A DNA stretch of 64,000 bases from Polyangiaceae bacterium (GTDB lineage: Bacteria > Myxococcota_A > Polyangia > Polyangiales > Polyangiaceae), in assembly GCA_050287085.1 (NCBI GenBank), contig JBNKBE010000001.1, forward strand, positions 256,001 to 320,000. The letters are read 5' to 3'. Shown here one piece after another: positions 17,142 to 28,417 of the stretch. The translations under genes were made by a program, and so were the position numbers. The notes under the pieces were generated by a model. It did no database searches. It was given only the letters and a program-made list of their open reading frames with translations, and was not told where the DNA came from. Within the stretch, counting starts at the first letter, position 1, and every line of letters starts with the position of its first letter.

Positions 17142-18176
17142 ATGTGTACAAGGCGTCCCTACCCCCTATTGACTCTCGCCCTGGGCCTGCATCTCGCCGC
17201 TTGCGGAAGCGGTGAGATGCGCGCCTCTGAGCCCAGGGAAGGCGTCATGGCGGCGGGGAGCGGTGCAGAGCCAGCGGACGCTGACGACGCAAGCCCCCCC
17301 TCGGGCGGTAGCGACAATCTGGGCGCTGGAGGCAGCGCGCACACGCCTCCGGCGGCCGGTATGGGTGGAGCACCACCTGGCTCGATCGGAGATCCCGAAA
17401 CGATCGATTCGCCTCCCATGGACAGCGCCGGTGCGCCGCCTGACTCTCCGTCGGCCGGAGCCGCGGGCGATGGCGGCAATCCCTCTGAAACGCCGTCGGA
17501 GTCGCCTTTCCCAGCCAGCGTCACCGCTCCCCGCATCATGATCGTCGGAGATTCGATCTCCGCCGGACCCGGCTGCTACAAGAAGTATCTGCTGCAGGCG
17601 CTCCAAGACAACGGCTACTCGAAGTTCGAGTTCGTCGGCGAATACGACGACGACTGCGGTGGAGGCGTGCGACACAGTGCAGTGAGCTGCTCGACCTCAA
17701 GAGACTTCACGCAACCTACTTTCACTCTGCCGAATTGCTTCGCCGACGACACCTTTCCTGGCATGGCCGAATTGGTCGCCTCCCATGCCCCAGATCTCAT
17801 CCTGCTCCAGCTCGGTGTGAACGACGTCTGGTCAGGTAGCGCGCCCATTCAACCGATCCTCGACAACTACGGCACGCTGGTCGAACAAGCCCGTTCCCAC
17901 AACCCGAATATCGTCGTTGTCATGGCTCAGATTCATCAGATCATTACCGATGGCTGCAGCAATGCGAAGAGCACGGAAAACGCTCTCGAACTGGTAGAGG
18001 CTGTGCCCGCCTACGCCGCGGCGCTCAGTACGCCCGAGTCGCCCATTTTTGTTGCCGACCTGTGGACGAACTCAGATCCTCATGAGGCAGACGATTGCGT
18101 TCACCCAAACGACGCTGGAGCGCAGCGAATGGGGGGCAACTGGTACGAGGCCCTCAAGAGCATCCTGCCCCAATAG
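17142..18176 (+). CDS. SGNH/GDSL hydrolase lipoprotein (CE3-like esterase)
   Basis: Lipobox LAAC; IMIVGDSIS, QLGVND, DCVHPNDAG. Confidence 0.87.
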   Translation: MCTRRPYPLLTLALGLHLAACGSGEMRASEPREGVMAAGSGAEPADADDASPPSGGSDNLGAGGSAHTPPAAGMGGAPPGSIGDPETIDSPPMDSAGAPPDSPSAGAAGDGGNPSETPSESPFPASVTAPRIMIVGDSISAGPGCYKKYLLQALQDNGYSKFEFVGEYDDDCGGGVRHSAVSCSTSRDFTQPTFTLPNCFADDTFPGMAELVASHAPDLILLQLGVNDVWSGSAPIQPILDNYGTLVEQARSHNPNIVVVMAQIHQIITDGCSNAKSTENALELVEAVPAYAAALSTPESPIFVADLWTNSDPHEADDCVHPNDAGAQRMGGNWYEALKSILPQ

Positions 18177-18360
18177 CACCAATACAATACTACGACGCTA
18201 CGCTCTCCCAGCTGAATTCATAGGGCGCTGAGAGCGCCCCGTATGTCTTGCCCCGATCCGCGGGCATTGGAGCTAGGGCCTCGGGAGCCTCGCCGCTACC
18301 CCTGCGGGATTCGCGTGCGAAGGCAAGTCTCCAAACTCCACCTATCCGTGCTCAAGCCGC

Positions 18361-18383
18361 TGGGGCCCCGAGACGGGGCCCCA
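18361..18383. terminator. GC-rich hairpin between convergent operons
   Basis: TGGGGCCCCG-AGA-CGGGGCCCCA perfect 10-bp inverted repeat. Confidence 0.5.
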
Positions 18384-18472
18384 CACGATGCAACGCCTGG
18401 AGTCGCGGCTGCGACAGAGACAGCGCCCGTCTCGGCTCAGAACCCGTCGCAGCATTGGCGACAACCTCCAGT

Positions 18473-18814
18473 TTAAGCCGCCGCCACTGCGATGCGGCGC
18501 GGCTTGGCCTCAGCCGCCTTCGGCAATGTTACCGTCAAGACGCCGGCTCGCAGCTGCGCGTCGATCTTGTCGCGGTCCACGCCTTCAGGAACGTGAAAGG
18601 CCCGTTCATAGCGGACCGACTCGGCGTCATTGAAGCGCCGTAGTGCGGCCACCGCCAAGACATCTCGGTCGAGGTCGATCGAAACATCTTCCTGAACGAC
18701 GCCGGGCACATCCAAGACCACATGGTGGGCGTGTTCGCTTTCGTAGACATCAATCCGCGGCCGCACCCTTCTGGGCTCGGCACTCGTCTCCTTCTTTCTT
18801 ACGATACTTGACAT
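18473..18814 (-). CDS. Small heat shock protein (Hsp20)
   Basis: PRIDVYE, LDVPGV, YERAF, A.LRAGVLTVTLPK; RBS AAGGAG. Confidence 0.92.
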   Translation of the reverse strand: MSSIVRKKETSAEPRRVRPRIDVYESEHAHHVVLDVPGVVQEDVSIDLDRDVLAVAALRRFNDAESVRYERAFHVPEGVDRDKIDAQLRAGVLTVTLPKAAEAKPRRIAVAAA

Positions 18815-18855
18815 CTCACTTTCTCCTTGGTCGCTTTCAAGTACATCGACACATG

Positions 18856-19278
18856 TCAATGCACCTTAATATCTATGGCTCGTGGCTTTACTTCCGGACG
18901 CTTGGGTAGGGTAACAACGAGTACGCCATCCTTGATACTGGCGCTGACGTTAGCGTCGTCGACCGTGTCCGGTAGTGTGATCGTCCTTGAAAACGTCAGC
19001 GTCGATCGCTCGCGACTAACCGCCTTGGCCTCGCCGTCGAGTGCAAGTGAACGCTTCCCGCTGATGCTTAGGACCCCGCGGTGAACTTCGACGCTCACGT
19101 CTTTCTCCGCAAATCCCGGAACATCCACGCTCACGCGATAGGCGTGTTCATCCTGATCGGTTCGCAGATCTGGAGTCGCCTCCATATCGCGGAGTAGGAA
19201 CCAAGGCTCCTCTCCCATGAGACGCTCAAACTCTCTCCAAACCGGTGACAACTGAGAACCAAATCTTACTGGCAACAT
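18856..19278 (-). CDS. Small heat shock protein (Hsp20)
   Basis: VDVPGF, FSRTITLP, ASIKDGVLVVTLPK; RBS AAGGAG before ATG 19278. Confidence 0.92.
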   Translation of the reverse strand: MLPVRFGSQLSPVWREFERLMGEEPWFLLRDMEATPDLRTDQDEHAYRVSVDVPGFAEKDVSVEVHRGVLSISGKRSLALDGEAKAVSRERSTLTFSRTITLPDTVDDANVSASIKDGVLVVTLPKRPEVKPRAIDIKVH

Positions 19279-19493
19279 GGCTGCTCTCCTTTCGCCAAAA
19301 AAGAAAACCCTATTGGAGCCGGGCAACACATCGGACCGACCAGCAAGCACGCTCTCAAAGACCGCACCTCCACGGTTCTGACCGTGTCCTTCGAGCATGC
19401 CCGCTCAGCGCCGGACCCTTCGTGGGGTCTCGGGCTGCGAAGAAAAACTGCCCACGATGATGGCGCTGTCAACGGGTGGCCCCGAAAAAGATT

Positions 19494-19514
19494 CTGAGGG
19501 CCCGCGGAGGGGTG
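19494..19514 (+). repeat. End motif of the dispersed repeat family (copy C)
   Basis: CTGAGGGCCCGCGGAGGGGTG; its 17-bp core is identical to 37276-37292. Confidence 0.55.
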
Positions 19515-19667
19515 GAGCGACCGAAACCCCCTCCCACCGCCCGAACCCCAAAGCGCGAGGCGCGAGCAAGCTCCCTCCCCCTCCTCCGATCAAAGCTTGC
19601 CGTGCAGCCAAGGGGCTTTACAACCACCGCCGCGATGATTAGCGCCGCCCACAGCCGATGAGGACGG

Positions 19668-20636
19668 TTATTCGGCGGATTCGTAGAGCCAGCAGCGACA
19701 TCGGCTGGGCCCAATCTGAACGAGCGACGGTACCTCTCGCCGACACCGTTCGGTGGCGGCCGAACAGCGTGGGTGAAAATGGCATCCTTCCGGAGGCGTG
19801 AAGGGCGATGGGACTTCTCCCCGAACGACGGAGCGCTCACGCGCTGTCCCCCGGGCTCCGAGGCTGGGCACGGCGGCCAGAAGGCTCTGGGTGTACGGGT
19901 GCTGCGGGGAATCGAGAGTCGCGGCAACGGGTCCCTCTTCGACGATTCGCCCCAAGTACATCACGGCGACGCAGTCAGCTATCTGTCGCACTACAGCCAG
20001 ATCATGGGTGATGAACAGAAGGGAGACCCCGAGACGCTGTTGCAACTCTCGCAGCAGGTTGATGATCTGCGCCTGAACCGAGACATCGAGCGCGCTCACC
20101 ACTTCATCACATACGAGTAGCTCAGGTTCTACGGCAAGAGCCCTAGCGATACACACTCGCTGTCGCTGGCCGCCCGAAAGCTCATGGGGATAGCGATGAC
20201 GGAGCGAGACATCCAACCCCACCTGGCTGAACAGAGCCGCAACCCGCTGATCCCTTCCCGCTCGGTCGAGACGAGTATGGAGCCGCAGGGGCTCCTCCAC
20301 CGAAGCCGCCAAAGTAAGACGCGGATTGAGGCTCGCATCCGGGTCTTGAAAGATCATCTGCAGACGCTTTGCCACGCCACGTCGTCCCCGACGACCGAGC
20401 CCCTCCACTTGCTCATCCCCGAGCCAGACCGAGCCGCTATAGGGCGGCAGAAGCCCCACAATCGCCTTGGCCAACGTCGACTTGCCGCAGCCAGATTCTC
20501 CAACGAGCGCCAAGGTGCTTCCTCGTTCGATCGAAAGATTCGCATCCAGAACCGCGCGCACCACTCCTTGTGACGTGTTGTATTGCACGGAAACGTTTCG
20601 AACGTCGAGCAGCGGATTTGACGAAGGTGCGCTCAC
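19668..20636 (-). CDS. oppF: Oligopeptide/dipeptide ABC transporter ATP-binding protein
   Basis: [17 protein letters not shown], oligo_HPY tail HPYT..GCHFHPRC; GTGA overlap with the upstream gene. Confidence 0.9.
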   Translation of the reverse strand: MSAPSSNPLLDVRNVSVQYNTSQGVVRAVLDANLSIERGSTLALVGESGCGKSTLAKAIVGLLPPYSGSVWLGDEQVEGLGRRGRRGVAKRLQMIFQDPDASLNPRLTLAASVEEPLRLHTRLDRAGRDQRVAALFSQVGLDVSLRHRYPHELSGGQRQRVCIARALAVEPELLVCDEVVSALDVSVQAQIINLLRELQQRLGVSLLFITHDLAVVRQIADCVAVMYLGRIVEEGPVAATLDSPQHPYTQSLLAAVPSLGARGTARERSVVRGEVPSPFTPPEGCHFHPRCSAATERCRREVPSLVQIGPSRCRCWLYESAE

Positions 20637-21667
20637 TGGGTACCCCCTTCGACTCGAGTGCTCACCCCGCCCGCCAAGGGGTGCACGCAACGACACAGTC
20701 GTCGCCCGTCCAAAGACGCAAGCAGCGGTTCGCGCTCTCCGCACTCTGCCGTTGCGTGGGTACATCTCGGCGCAAACGCACACGCCGAAAAGGGCCCTCG
20801 ATCCAAACGCGGAGGAAGCCCGTCGATCGCCTGTAGCGTTCCTTCGCGCCGGCTTTCTATGCGCGGTACCGATGCCAACAGAGCCGCTGTGTAGGGGTGA
20901 GCGGACGCACTGAGCACGTCCGACACAGGTCCATATTCGACAACCCGCCCCGCGTACATGACTGCAACAGTATCGCAGGTCTCGGCCACCACCGCCAAGT
21001 CATGGGTGACAAGGATGACGGCAACGCCGTAGTCGAGCTGCAGTCTGCGGAGCAGCGCGAGGATTTGCGCCTGCGTTGTCACGTCCAGGGCCGTCGTGGG
21101 CTCATCGGCGATTATCAGCTTGGGCTCGCACGCCAGAGCCATCGCGATCATCACTCGTTGGCGCATCCCGCCCGAGAGTTCGTGGGGGTGTGCGGAAAGG
21201 CGGCGCCTGGCCTCCGGGATCCCGACAGCCTCAAGCAGCTCCAGCGCACGTTCTCTTGCCCGCGCGCGCGATTGCCCGAGGTGAAGCATCGGTCCCTCAA
21301 TCAGCTGCTCTTCAACCGTCATGTACGGATTGAGACTGTTCATCGGGTCTTGAAAAACCACCCCGATCCGCTGTCCGCGAAAACGCCGCAACGCGTCACC
21401 GCGAAGTTCCGTTAACTCCTGTCCGTCGAGACGCACTTGACCTGCCACAACCCGTCCATAGGGCTCCGGCAGTAGTCCCATCAGACTCAAGCAGGTAGCG
21501 CTCTTGCCGCAACCGGATTCCCCAACCAAGCCCAAGATCTCTCCCGCCTGGAGTTCGAACGAAACGTCGTGGACGGCGCGTACCACTCGCCCTTCCAGCG
21601 CAAATTCGGCCGAGAGCCCCCGAACCCGAAGCAAGGGTTCCTCCGCATGTCGCTGACGCTCCGTCAT
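20633..21667 (-). CDS. oppD: Oligopeptide/dipeptide ABC transporter ATP-binding protein
   Basis: [46 protein letters not shown] before ATG 21667. Confidence 0.92.
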   Translation of the reverse strand: MTERQRHAEEPLLRVRGLSAEFALEGRVVRAVHDVSFELQAGEILGLVGESGCGKSATCLSLMGLLPEPYGRVVAGQVRLDGQELTELRGDALRRFRGQRIGVVFQDPMNSLNPYMTVEEQLIEGPMLHLGQSRARARERALELLEAVGIPEARRRLSAHPHELSGGMRQRVMIAMALACEPKLIIADEPTTALDVTTQAQILALLRRLQLDYGVAVILVTHDLAVVAETCDTVAVMYAGRVVEYGPVSDVLSASAHPYTAALLASVPRIESRREGTLQAIDGLPPRLDRGPFSACAFAPRCTHATAECGEREPLLASLDGRRLCRCVHPLAGGVSTRVEGGTQ

Positions 21668-21770
21668 CGCAACCTCCTCGCCGCCGCGAACGCTTTCCCT
21701 AGACTCTGGAGCACCGCGCTTGTCAGCACCGCGCTTGTCAGCATGACGCCCTTGAGCACTATCACCACCA

Positions 21771-22679
21771 TCACTGCGGTCTCGATTTGGGATCGAGCGC
21801 GTCACGCAGGCCATCACCCAGGAAGTTGAGACTGAATAGTGTCAGAGCCAACAGCAGGCTCGGAAAAAGTAGCAACCACCAATACGACTTGATCGGGTTG
21901 ACCACGGCTACGGCCTCGGAGACAAGCTGGCCCCATGACAGCTTCACGCCAAGCCCCAAGAACGACAAGAAGGACTCCAGAATAATCACAGTGGGCACCG
22001 TCAACGTCGCATACACTACAACTACGGCCGCCACGTTGGGCAGAATGTGAACGCCGATGACCCGTGCATCGCTGGCGCCTAGCAAACGTGCCGCCAGAAC
22101 GAACTCCCGATTGCGCAAGGCGAGCACCTGACCGCGAACGACGCGTGCCATCGTGAGCCATTGCACGAGGCCGAGAGCCAGAAACACCGGCAGCGCTTCA
22201 CCCCGCGCTGTCTCGGAGAACATGAGCATGATGATGATGACCAGAAACATGTAGGGAATGCCGTACAGAAAGTCGACGAAGCGCATCAGGACCTCGTCTA
22301 CGCGGCCGCCATAGTAGCCAGCCACCGCCCCATACGCGACTCCCACCGTGACCGATGCGAGTGTCGCCAAGAGCCCGACCAGCAGCGACGTTTGGCCCCC
22401 CAAAAGCACTCGAGCGAAGTAGTCGCGGCCAAGCGCATCGGTCCCCATCCAATGGGCTACAGAGGGCGAAAGATGTCGGGCAGCGGGTGATGTTGTCTCG
22501 GCATCTAGACCCAATGCGAGCGGCATGACGAAGCAAGCGATGGCAATGATCGCCAGAGTTGCGCCCCCCGCAAGAGCCATGTGGTTGCGACGCAAGCGTC
22601 GCAACGCCTCTTCACCCAGGCTCGTTCCTCGCTGCTCATCGCCAAGATACGAGGTGGTTGATGCTTCCTCTACGCTCAT
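21771..22679 (-). CDS. oppC: Oligopeptide ABC transporter permease
   Basis: [41 protein letters not shown]. Confidence 0.93.
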   Translation of the reverse strand: MSVEEASTTSYLGDEQRGTSLGEEALRRLRRNHMALAGGATLAIIAIACFVMPLALGLDAETTSPAARHLSPSVAHWMGTDALGRDYFARVLLGGQTSLLVGLLATLASVTVGVAYGAVAGYYGGRVDEVLMRFVDFLYGIPYMFLVIIIMLMFSETARGEALPVFLALGLVQWLTMARVVRGQVLALRNREFVLAARLLGASDARVIGVHILPNVAAVVVVYATLTVPTVIILESFLSFLGLGVKLSWGQLVSEAVAVVNPIKSYWWLLLFPSLLLALTLFSLNFLGDGLRDALDPKSRPQ

Positions 22680-23863
22680 CCTCCGTAGCTCCGAAGACGC
22701 GGGTCAAGCCAAGCGTAAAGCATGTCCACCAGCAAATTGAAGCAGGTAACGAGCGTGGTATAGACCAGGGCCGTACCCAACACCACGGAGTAGTCGCGGT
22801 TGACCGCCCCCTTGACGAACCACTGACCCATCCCCGGAATGTTGAAGAGCGTTTCGACAACGAAAGAGCCAGTCATGATGCCCGCGGCGGCAGGCCCCAG
22901 ATAGGAGACGACAGGCAAGAGGGCCCCTCGCAGGGCATGCTTGAATACGACAACATGCTCAGGAAGCCCTTTGGCCCGCGCTGTCCGGATGAAGTCCTGC
23001 TGCATGACCTCCACGGTGCCCCCGCGGGCCAAGCGGGCGACGTATGCAGCGTAGGGCAAGGCCAGAGTGAAAGCAGGAAGTACGAGGTGCGCATAGCCAC
23101 CCCAACCCGCGACGGGTAGCCAACCTAAATGCAGTGAAAAGACAATGATTAGTCCCGCTCCGATCACGAAGTTGGGAAGCGAGATTCCCAGCAAGGCAAG
23201 ACCCATGCTGGCGTAGTCAGCGGCCGAGTTGGGCTTCAGCCCAGCGCGAACCCCAAGCAACAATCCCAAGGCACACGCTATCGCCAATGCCAGCAATCCG
23301 AGGGACAAGCTGACGGGCAAAGCGGGCGCTAGCAAATCCTCCACCGATCGCCCTGCGACCTTGATGGAAGGGCCCAGGGAGCCGTCCACGATCAGACGCC
23401 GCATATATGCCACGAAGAACTCGCTGGCGTCTTCCGGTACTCCAAAGTGCGCACGTAGGGCGGCTTCCACCTGCGGCGTCGCGACCCGCTCTTGAGCAAA
23501 AGGATTGCCCGGAGCTCGGTACATGAGCAGCGTCGTGACGAACACCAGCAGTACCAACGATGGCACGAGAAAGGTCATGCGGCGTAGCACGATGGGTCGC
23601 GCAAAGAAGAAAGCCAGAACCGCAGCACCGGTTGCCCCGCCCAGAGCGACGGTTGCTGAATAGCCCAGTCGAAGACTCAAGAAGATGAGCACACCGACCA
23701 GACAGGCGCCCAGTGGTCGACAAATCCGCGCTGGGATCCATGCAGTAGAAGCGAGCGCCAATGTACCCGCCAACAGCAGCAGCGCTTCCAAAGGCTCGAA
23801 GGCCCACAGCAGAAGTGCTGCAAGGAGCCCCGCTGATGCTAGAGCAACAGACCACCTAGTCAT
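22676..23863 (-). CDS. oppB: Oligopeptide ABC transporter permease with extra N-terminal TM helices
   Basis: APGNPF, DFIRTARAKGL, VETLFNIPGMG, LLVDMLYAWLDPR; ATGA overlap. Confidence 0.92.
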   Translation of the reverse strand: MTRWSVALASAGLLAALLLWAFEPLEALLLLAGTLALASTAWIPARICRPLGACLVGVLIFLSLRLGYSATVALGGATGAAVLAFFFARPIVLRRMTFLVPSLVLLVFVTTLLMYRAPGNPFAQERVATPQVEAALRAHFGVPEDASEFFVAYMRRLIVDGSLGPSIKVAGRSVEDLLAPALPVSLSLGLLALAIACALGLLLGVRAGLKPNSAADYASMGLALLGISLPNFVIGAGLIIVFSLHLGWLPVAGWGGYAHLVLPAFTLALPYAAYVARLARGGTVEVMQQDFIRTARAKGLPEHVVVFKHALRGALLPVVSYLGPAAAGIMTGSFVVETLFNIPGMGQWFVKGAVNRDYSVVLGTALVYTTLVTCFNLLVDMLYAWLDPRLRSYGG

Positions 23864-25854
23864 TGCCGTCCTCCCGCCTTGGCCCATCGAATGTCTCGCA
23901 GGGGATGGATATCCTGAAGATTGGCAGCCTTGGAGCCGTCCGGGAGCTCCAGCTCGGAGTAGAAGCCGTCCAGCTCCAAACGGCGAAGCCCACTGACCAC
24001 GTAGAAGTAGATGGGCATGATGGGCAATTCGTCGTCGATGAGGATAGCTTCAGCCTCCGCAAGGAGTCGCTGACGCAGGCGCTCACGTGCCTGCACATCA
24101 CCCGCTTTCGTCAACGCAAGCCAGCGACGCGCCTCCGCCGGTTGTTTGAGCTTACTCAATAGCGATTCAGGAGCCTCGACAAAGCGCTGGACGTCGGCAG
24201 CGGCCGCAATCAGGCGGTCGTAGGTACTCGACGAGAAGCCCGTTTGGTTGTTTCCACCGTTGGTGACCCACATATCCAAGAACGTATTGGGATCCGCGTA
24301 GTCCCCAATCCAAGCGGCACGGGCCATGTCATAGTTCATGGCCCGTGTGGTAGCCTGATAGGCTTGCCATTCTTGGTTATACGCCTTTGCCGACACTCCA
24401 AGGTTGCGACGCAGTTGATCAGCAATGACTTCCGCGATCTTCTTATGGGTCTCGAGCGTATTGTAGACGATGCCCACGTCCGGAAAGCCGACGCCGCCCG
24501 GGTAGCCAGCCTCGGCCAGCAGCGCCTGCGCGCGAGCAACGTCCAGCCCAAGAGCAGAATGGGGAGGCTCATAGCCAGGCATTCCAGGTGGGACCATGCT
24601 ATAGGCTGGCAGCTGGCCCAATCCTAACACGTCTTTCACAATCGCCTCGCGGTCGATAGCCAGATTGAAAGCGCGCCGTACCCTCTTGTCGCTAAAGGGC
24701 TTTCGCTTGGTGTTAAGCCGATAGAAGTATACGATCAGCGCCGGACCACTGTAGAAGTCGGGGCGCTTCCGAAGCTCCGGCCCGAGATCCACCGGATACG
24801 CCGACGGCAGCCAGTCGGCGCCTCCTGTCAGATAGAGATTGAGCGCCGTGTTGGGATTCTCGATGGGAAGAGCGTCGACACTCCGCAGGGTGACCACGTC
24901 TCGGCCCCAATAGGCAGAGCTCTTCTCCAGACGGATGCGTTCATTGACATGCCACTCTGCAAGCTTAAACGGACCATTGCTGACGATGTGCTCAGGCAAG
25001 AACCAGTCGTCGGGATGCGCTTCTACGACCCAACGCGGCACGGGCATTGATGGATAGAAAGCCATCAGCTGAAGGAAATACGGCGTAGGCGCCTTGAGCT
25101 CGACGCGCAGCGTATGTTCATCCAATGCGACCACGCCGAGGCCGCGACCGAACTTCTCTTCCGCCGCAGCGCCCTGAAGTTCTAGTTCTTCAGCCACGCG
25201 CGACACCAGTGCCACCAGCTCCAAGCTGTCTGCTGCCTCTAGGTCTGGCCCCTCCGCGTCGAGAAGTTCAGAAAGGCGAGGCGACGACAGAGGCCTGAGC
25301 GCGGCGAGCGCGGCATGCTCGTTCAGTAGCCGCTGTAGCTCCTGCCGAGACAGTGGCGCGCGGGCCAGCGGGCGCAGAGCAGGCAGTAACCCGCCGCGAA
25401 GCTGGGATGCGAGACCGCGATACGTATGCAGCGCCTCCGCTCCGGCAATGGGATACAGAATGTAGGCATACTCTGAGCCGGTTGCCGGATCGAGCAGACG
25501 GCGCCAGGCATAGACGAAGTCAGCAGCGCTAACGGGGCTACCATCTGTCCAGCGTGCGTCCGACCGAAGATGAAATACGTAGGATAGCCCGTCAGCCGCT
25601 ACCTCCCAGTGCGACGCAGCGCCGGGAGCAGGTCGCAGCGACTTGGCGTCCAGGCGGCACAGGCCCTCGAATATCGCACTCAGTATGCGATGCTCCGGTT
25701 CACCCGTAGCAAGCCCCGGGTCGAGCGTCTTGGGCTCCGCGCCGTTGACGAAGCGAAACTCGGCAGGGCCGGCGGTACTGCGTGAGAACGTAAGCCCCAC
25801 GAGTCCAAGCACCAAGACGAAAGCGGCTAGCAGACCCCACAAAGTCCGATACAT
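23860..25854 (-). CDS. oppA: Oligopeptide ABC transporter substrate-binding protein (family 5)
   Basis: NGAEPKTLDP, IFEGL, VSNGPFKL, RAAWIGDYADPNTFL. Confidence 0.92.
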   Translation of the reverse strand: MYRTLWGLLAAFVLVLGLVGLTFSRSTAGPAEFRFVNGAEPKTLDPGLATGEPEHRILSAIFEGLCRLDAKSLRPAPGAASHWEVAADGLSYVFHLRSDARWTDGSPVSAADFVYAWRRLLDPATGSEYAYILYPIAGAEALHTYRGLASQLRGGLLPALRPLARAPLSRQELQRLLNEHAALAALRPLSSPRLSELLDAEGPDLEAADSLELVALVSRVAEELELQGAAAEEKFGRGLGVVALDEHTLRVELKAPTPYFLQLMAFYPSMPVPRWVVEAHPDDWFLPEHIVSNGPFKLAEWHVNERIRLEKSSAYWGRDVVTLRSVDALPIENPNTALNLYLTGGADWLPSAYPVDLGPELRKRPDFYSGPALIVYFYRLNTKRKPFSDKRVRRAFNLAIDREAIVKDVLGLGQLPAYSMVPPGMPGYEPPHSALGLDVARAQALLAEAGYPGGVGFPDVGIVYNTLETHKKIAEVIADQLRRNLGVSAKAYNQEWQAYQATTRAMNYDMARAAWIGDYADPNTFLDMWVTNGGNNQTGFSSSTYDRLIAAAADVQRFVEAPESLLSKLKQPAEARRWLALTKAGDVQARERLRQRLLAEAEAILIDDELPIMPIYFYVVSGLRRLELDGFYSELELPDGSKAANLQDIHPLRDIRWAKAGGRQ

Positions 25855-25856
25855 GC

Positions 25857-27398
25857 TCAGCGATCTCCTGGTGCTTCGACAGCGTTACTGGCAGATTGAT
25901 AGAGATAGGCTCGCCCGTGCGGATCCCGTGCTCTACCGTCGCCAAAGCGCTGGTAAAGTCTGAAGCCGAGCTCCGATAGCCGAGCTGGCCGTCGCCCCAC
26001 ATTGCGTTCAAACGCGGCTATCTCACCTTTGAGGAACGCGATATCTTGCAGCGTTTGACGCCGTTGGAGCGCGCCCCGAAGCGGAACGGAGCTCAGAAGC
26101 GCACCGACCAAAACAACACCCAGACGTCTCCGCCTCGTTGGATCCAGCGGCTGCAATACGACCCCCACGGCAAGCAAGACCCCAGACCAGATAGACTGAA
26201 ACAACAGCGCAACCGCCGCCGCAAAAAGCAGCAGCGCCCCGAGCCACAGACGAGTAGCCGACGCACGCTCGAGCCGGGGAGCCCTTCGGCCTTGGCGCTG
26301 CCACAAGCCGTGCAAGGCCTGCTCGCTGGGCTCCGAGGACGCGCGTGCCTCCGCTGGATAGCGGACAACCATGGCGCGGCTCAATGCGGATTGGTCCGTA
26401 TCGTGCGCCTCAGCCCGCGCCTCACTGACCGCGTGGCAACGCACCAAGCGCCCCGGCGGAAGTAGCAGCGCCTCCGGCGCCACCCGCCGACACACGTCCA
26501 TGACCACAGGACAACGCGTGTGGAAGCGACACCCACTGGGCGGCGACATCGGACTGGGCACGTCGCCACTCAGAGCAACTAGAGGCTTGTGCAACTCCGG
26601 ATTCGGCTCTGGGATGGCGGCCAGCAGCGCCCGGGTGTATGGATGCAGCGGCGTATCGAATAGTGCATCCACCGGAGCCACTTCGACAATCTCTCCTAGG
26701 TACATGACCGCAACGCGATCAGAGATGTGCCGAACGACCCCCAGATCGTGAGAAATGAAGAGATAGGCAAGGCCTAGCTCGCGCTGCAAGTCCCCGAGGA
26801 GATTTAGGATCTGCGCTTGAATGGAGACGTCCAGCGCCGAAACCGCTTCGTCGCATACGATGAGCCGAGGCTCAAGCGCCAGGGCTCGAGCGATCCCGAT
26901 ACGCTGCCGCTGCCCGCCCGAGAACTCGTGCGGGAAACGATACATCCACGAACGTCGAACGCCGACGCGATCGAGCAACTCGCCGACTCGCTCTTCGAGC
27001 TCAGCTGCACCAGTGACACCATGGAGGCGCAGGCCCTCCCCGACGATGTCGACCACCCGCATGCGAGGATTGAGGGAGCTATAGGGATCCTGAAAAATGA
27101 TCTGGAGCTCGCGCCGCACAGCTCTGAGTTCCGCCGCACTCAACGTCGCGACGTCCCGACCGCGGAGACGTACCGAGCCAGCCGTCGGGGCGAGAAGTTG
27201 AACCGCCAATCGCCCAACCGTGCTCTTGCCGCATCCGGACTCACCCACCAAACCCAGCGTCTCCCCCGGAGCAATGGCAAGCGAAACCTTCTCCACGGCA
27301 CGCACTTGAGCCACGGTGCGTCCGAACAAGCCACGCCGAACCGGGAAGTACTTGGTGAGCCCATCGAGCTCCAACAAGGGCCGCGATGATTCGCTCAC
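25857..27398 (-). CDS. oppF: Oligopeptide ABC ATPase fused to TM helices and a GspG/pseudopilin-like C-terminal domain
   Basis: [29 protein letters not shown]; then hydrophobic segments and [31 protein letters not shown]. Confidence 0.85.
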   Translation of the reverse strand: MSESSRPLLELDGLTKYFPVRRGLFGRTVAQVRAVEKVSLAIAPGETLGLVGESGCGKSTVGRLAVQLLAPTAGSVRLRGRDVATLSAAELRAVRRELQIIFQDPYSSLNPRMRVVDIVGEGLRLHGVTGAAELEERVGELLDRVGVRRSWMYRFPHEFSGGQRQRIGIARALALEPRLIVCDEAVSALDVSIQAQILNLLGDLQRELGLAYLFISHDLGVVRHISDRVAVMYLGEIVEVAPVDALFDTPLHPYTRALLAAIPEPNPELHKPLVALSGDVPSPMSPPSGCRFHTRCPVVMDVCRRVAPEALLLPPGRLVRCHAVSEARAEAHDTDQSALSRAMVVRYPAEARASSEPSEQALHGLWQRQGRRAPRLERASATRLWLGALLLFAAAVALLFQSIWSGVLLAVGVVLQPLDPTRRRRLGVVLVGALLSSVPLRGALQRRQTLQDIAFLKGEIAAFERNVGRRPARLSELGFRLYQRFGDGRARDPHGRAYLYQSASNAVEAPGDR

Positions 27399-28417
27399 GA
27401 GGCCCCCCTGCCGAAGGGAAGCAGGTCCACTTCCGGATTATCATCTACAAAGTGGCACGCGCTATGAGTCCGCTCGCCGCTCTGCAAGCGTACTTCGAGC
27501 TTGGGTACCACTGCGGCGCAACGTGGCAAGGCAAAGGGGCACCTTGGATGAAAGCGACATCCGTCCGGGAAATGGAGAGCGTCTGGTACGTTGCCGTCGA
27601 TGGTCTGCAGACGACGACGTGGACCGCGCGTCGTAGGAAGCGATGCGAGCAGTCCAGCGGTATAGGGATGCCGGGGTCTTGCAAATAGCGAACGGACCGA
27701 CCCCCGCTCGACCACCCGCCCTGCATACATCACCACCATGTCGCGCGCCACCGAGGCAACGACGCCGAGGTCATGGGTGATGAGCAAGACAGACATATCG
27801 AGTTGCCGCTGTAGTCGCGACACCAGGTTGAGAATCTGCGCTTGAATCGTCACATCGAGCGCCGTCGTCGGCTCGTCCGCAATCAACAACTGCGGACGGC
27901 AAGCCAATGCCATGGCGATCATCACCCTCTGCCTCATGCCCCCCGAGAGCTGGTGGGGATACTCGTTAATGCGCTGCTCTGGTGAGGGGATCCCCACCAG
28001 CGAAAGCAGCGACAAGACCTCCGCGCTGGTCTCCTCTTCACTCAAGCCTCTGTGCAGCCGAATTGCCTCCCCAACTTGATCACCAACGCGATAAACAGGG
28101 TTCAGACTCGTCATCGGTTCTTGGAAGATCATCGCGATGCGGTTGCCACGAACCTGCCGCATCGCCTCATTGGAAAGCTGCAGAAGGTCGATCCCTTCAA
28201 ACAGGACTCGCCCTGCCGCAATCTCGCCCCGACCGAGCTCTATCAGACGTAGAATGGAAAGCGCCGTAACGCTCTTGCCGCACCCGGACTCGCCCACGAC
28301 GGCAACCGTGCGCCCCTTCGGCACCTCGTAGCTCACCTCGTCAACGGCTCGCACGGTCCCGGCTCGCGTGCGAAACTGGACACTGAGCCCCTCAATGCTG
28401 AGCAACGCGTCGGTCAT
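27395..28417 (-). CDS. oppD: Oligopeptide ABC transporter ATP-binding protein
   Basis: [28 protein letters not shown]. Confidence 0.93.
   Translation of the reverse strand: MTDALLSIEGLSVQFRTRAGTVRAVDEVSYEVPKGRTVAVVGESGCGKSVTALSILRLIELGRGEIAAGRVLFEGIDLLQLSNEAMRQVRGNRIAMIFQEPMTSLNPVYRVGDQVGEAIRLHRGLSEEETSAEVLSLLSLVGIPSPEQRINEYPHQLSGGMRQRVMIAMALACRPQLLIADEPTTALDVTIQAQILNLVSRLQRQLDMSVLLITHDLGVVASVARDMVVMYAGRVVERGSVRSLFARPRHPYTAGLLASLPTTRGPRRRLQTIDGNVPDALHFPDGCRFHPRCPFALPRCAAVVPKLEVRLQSGERTHSACHFVDDNPEVDLLPFGRGAS

Noticed and set aside
19279..19480. CIRCE/HAIR heat-shock operator or sigma70 promoter upstream of the hsp20 pair
   Set aside because: No inverted repeat matches; TTGACA is present on the minus strand but has no convincing -10
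21711..21743. 15-bp direct duplication between oppC and oppD
   Set aside because: Only two copies, probably replication slippage; no function evident
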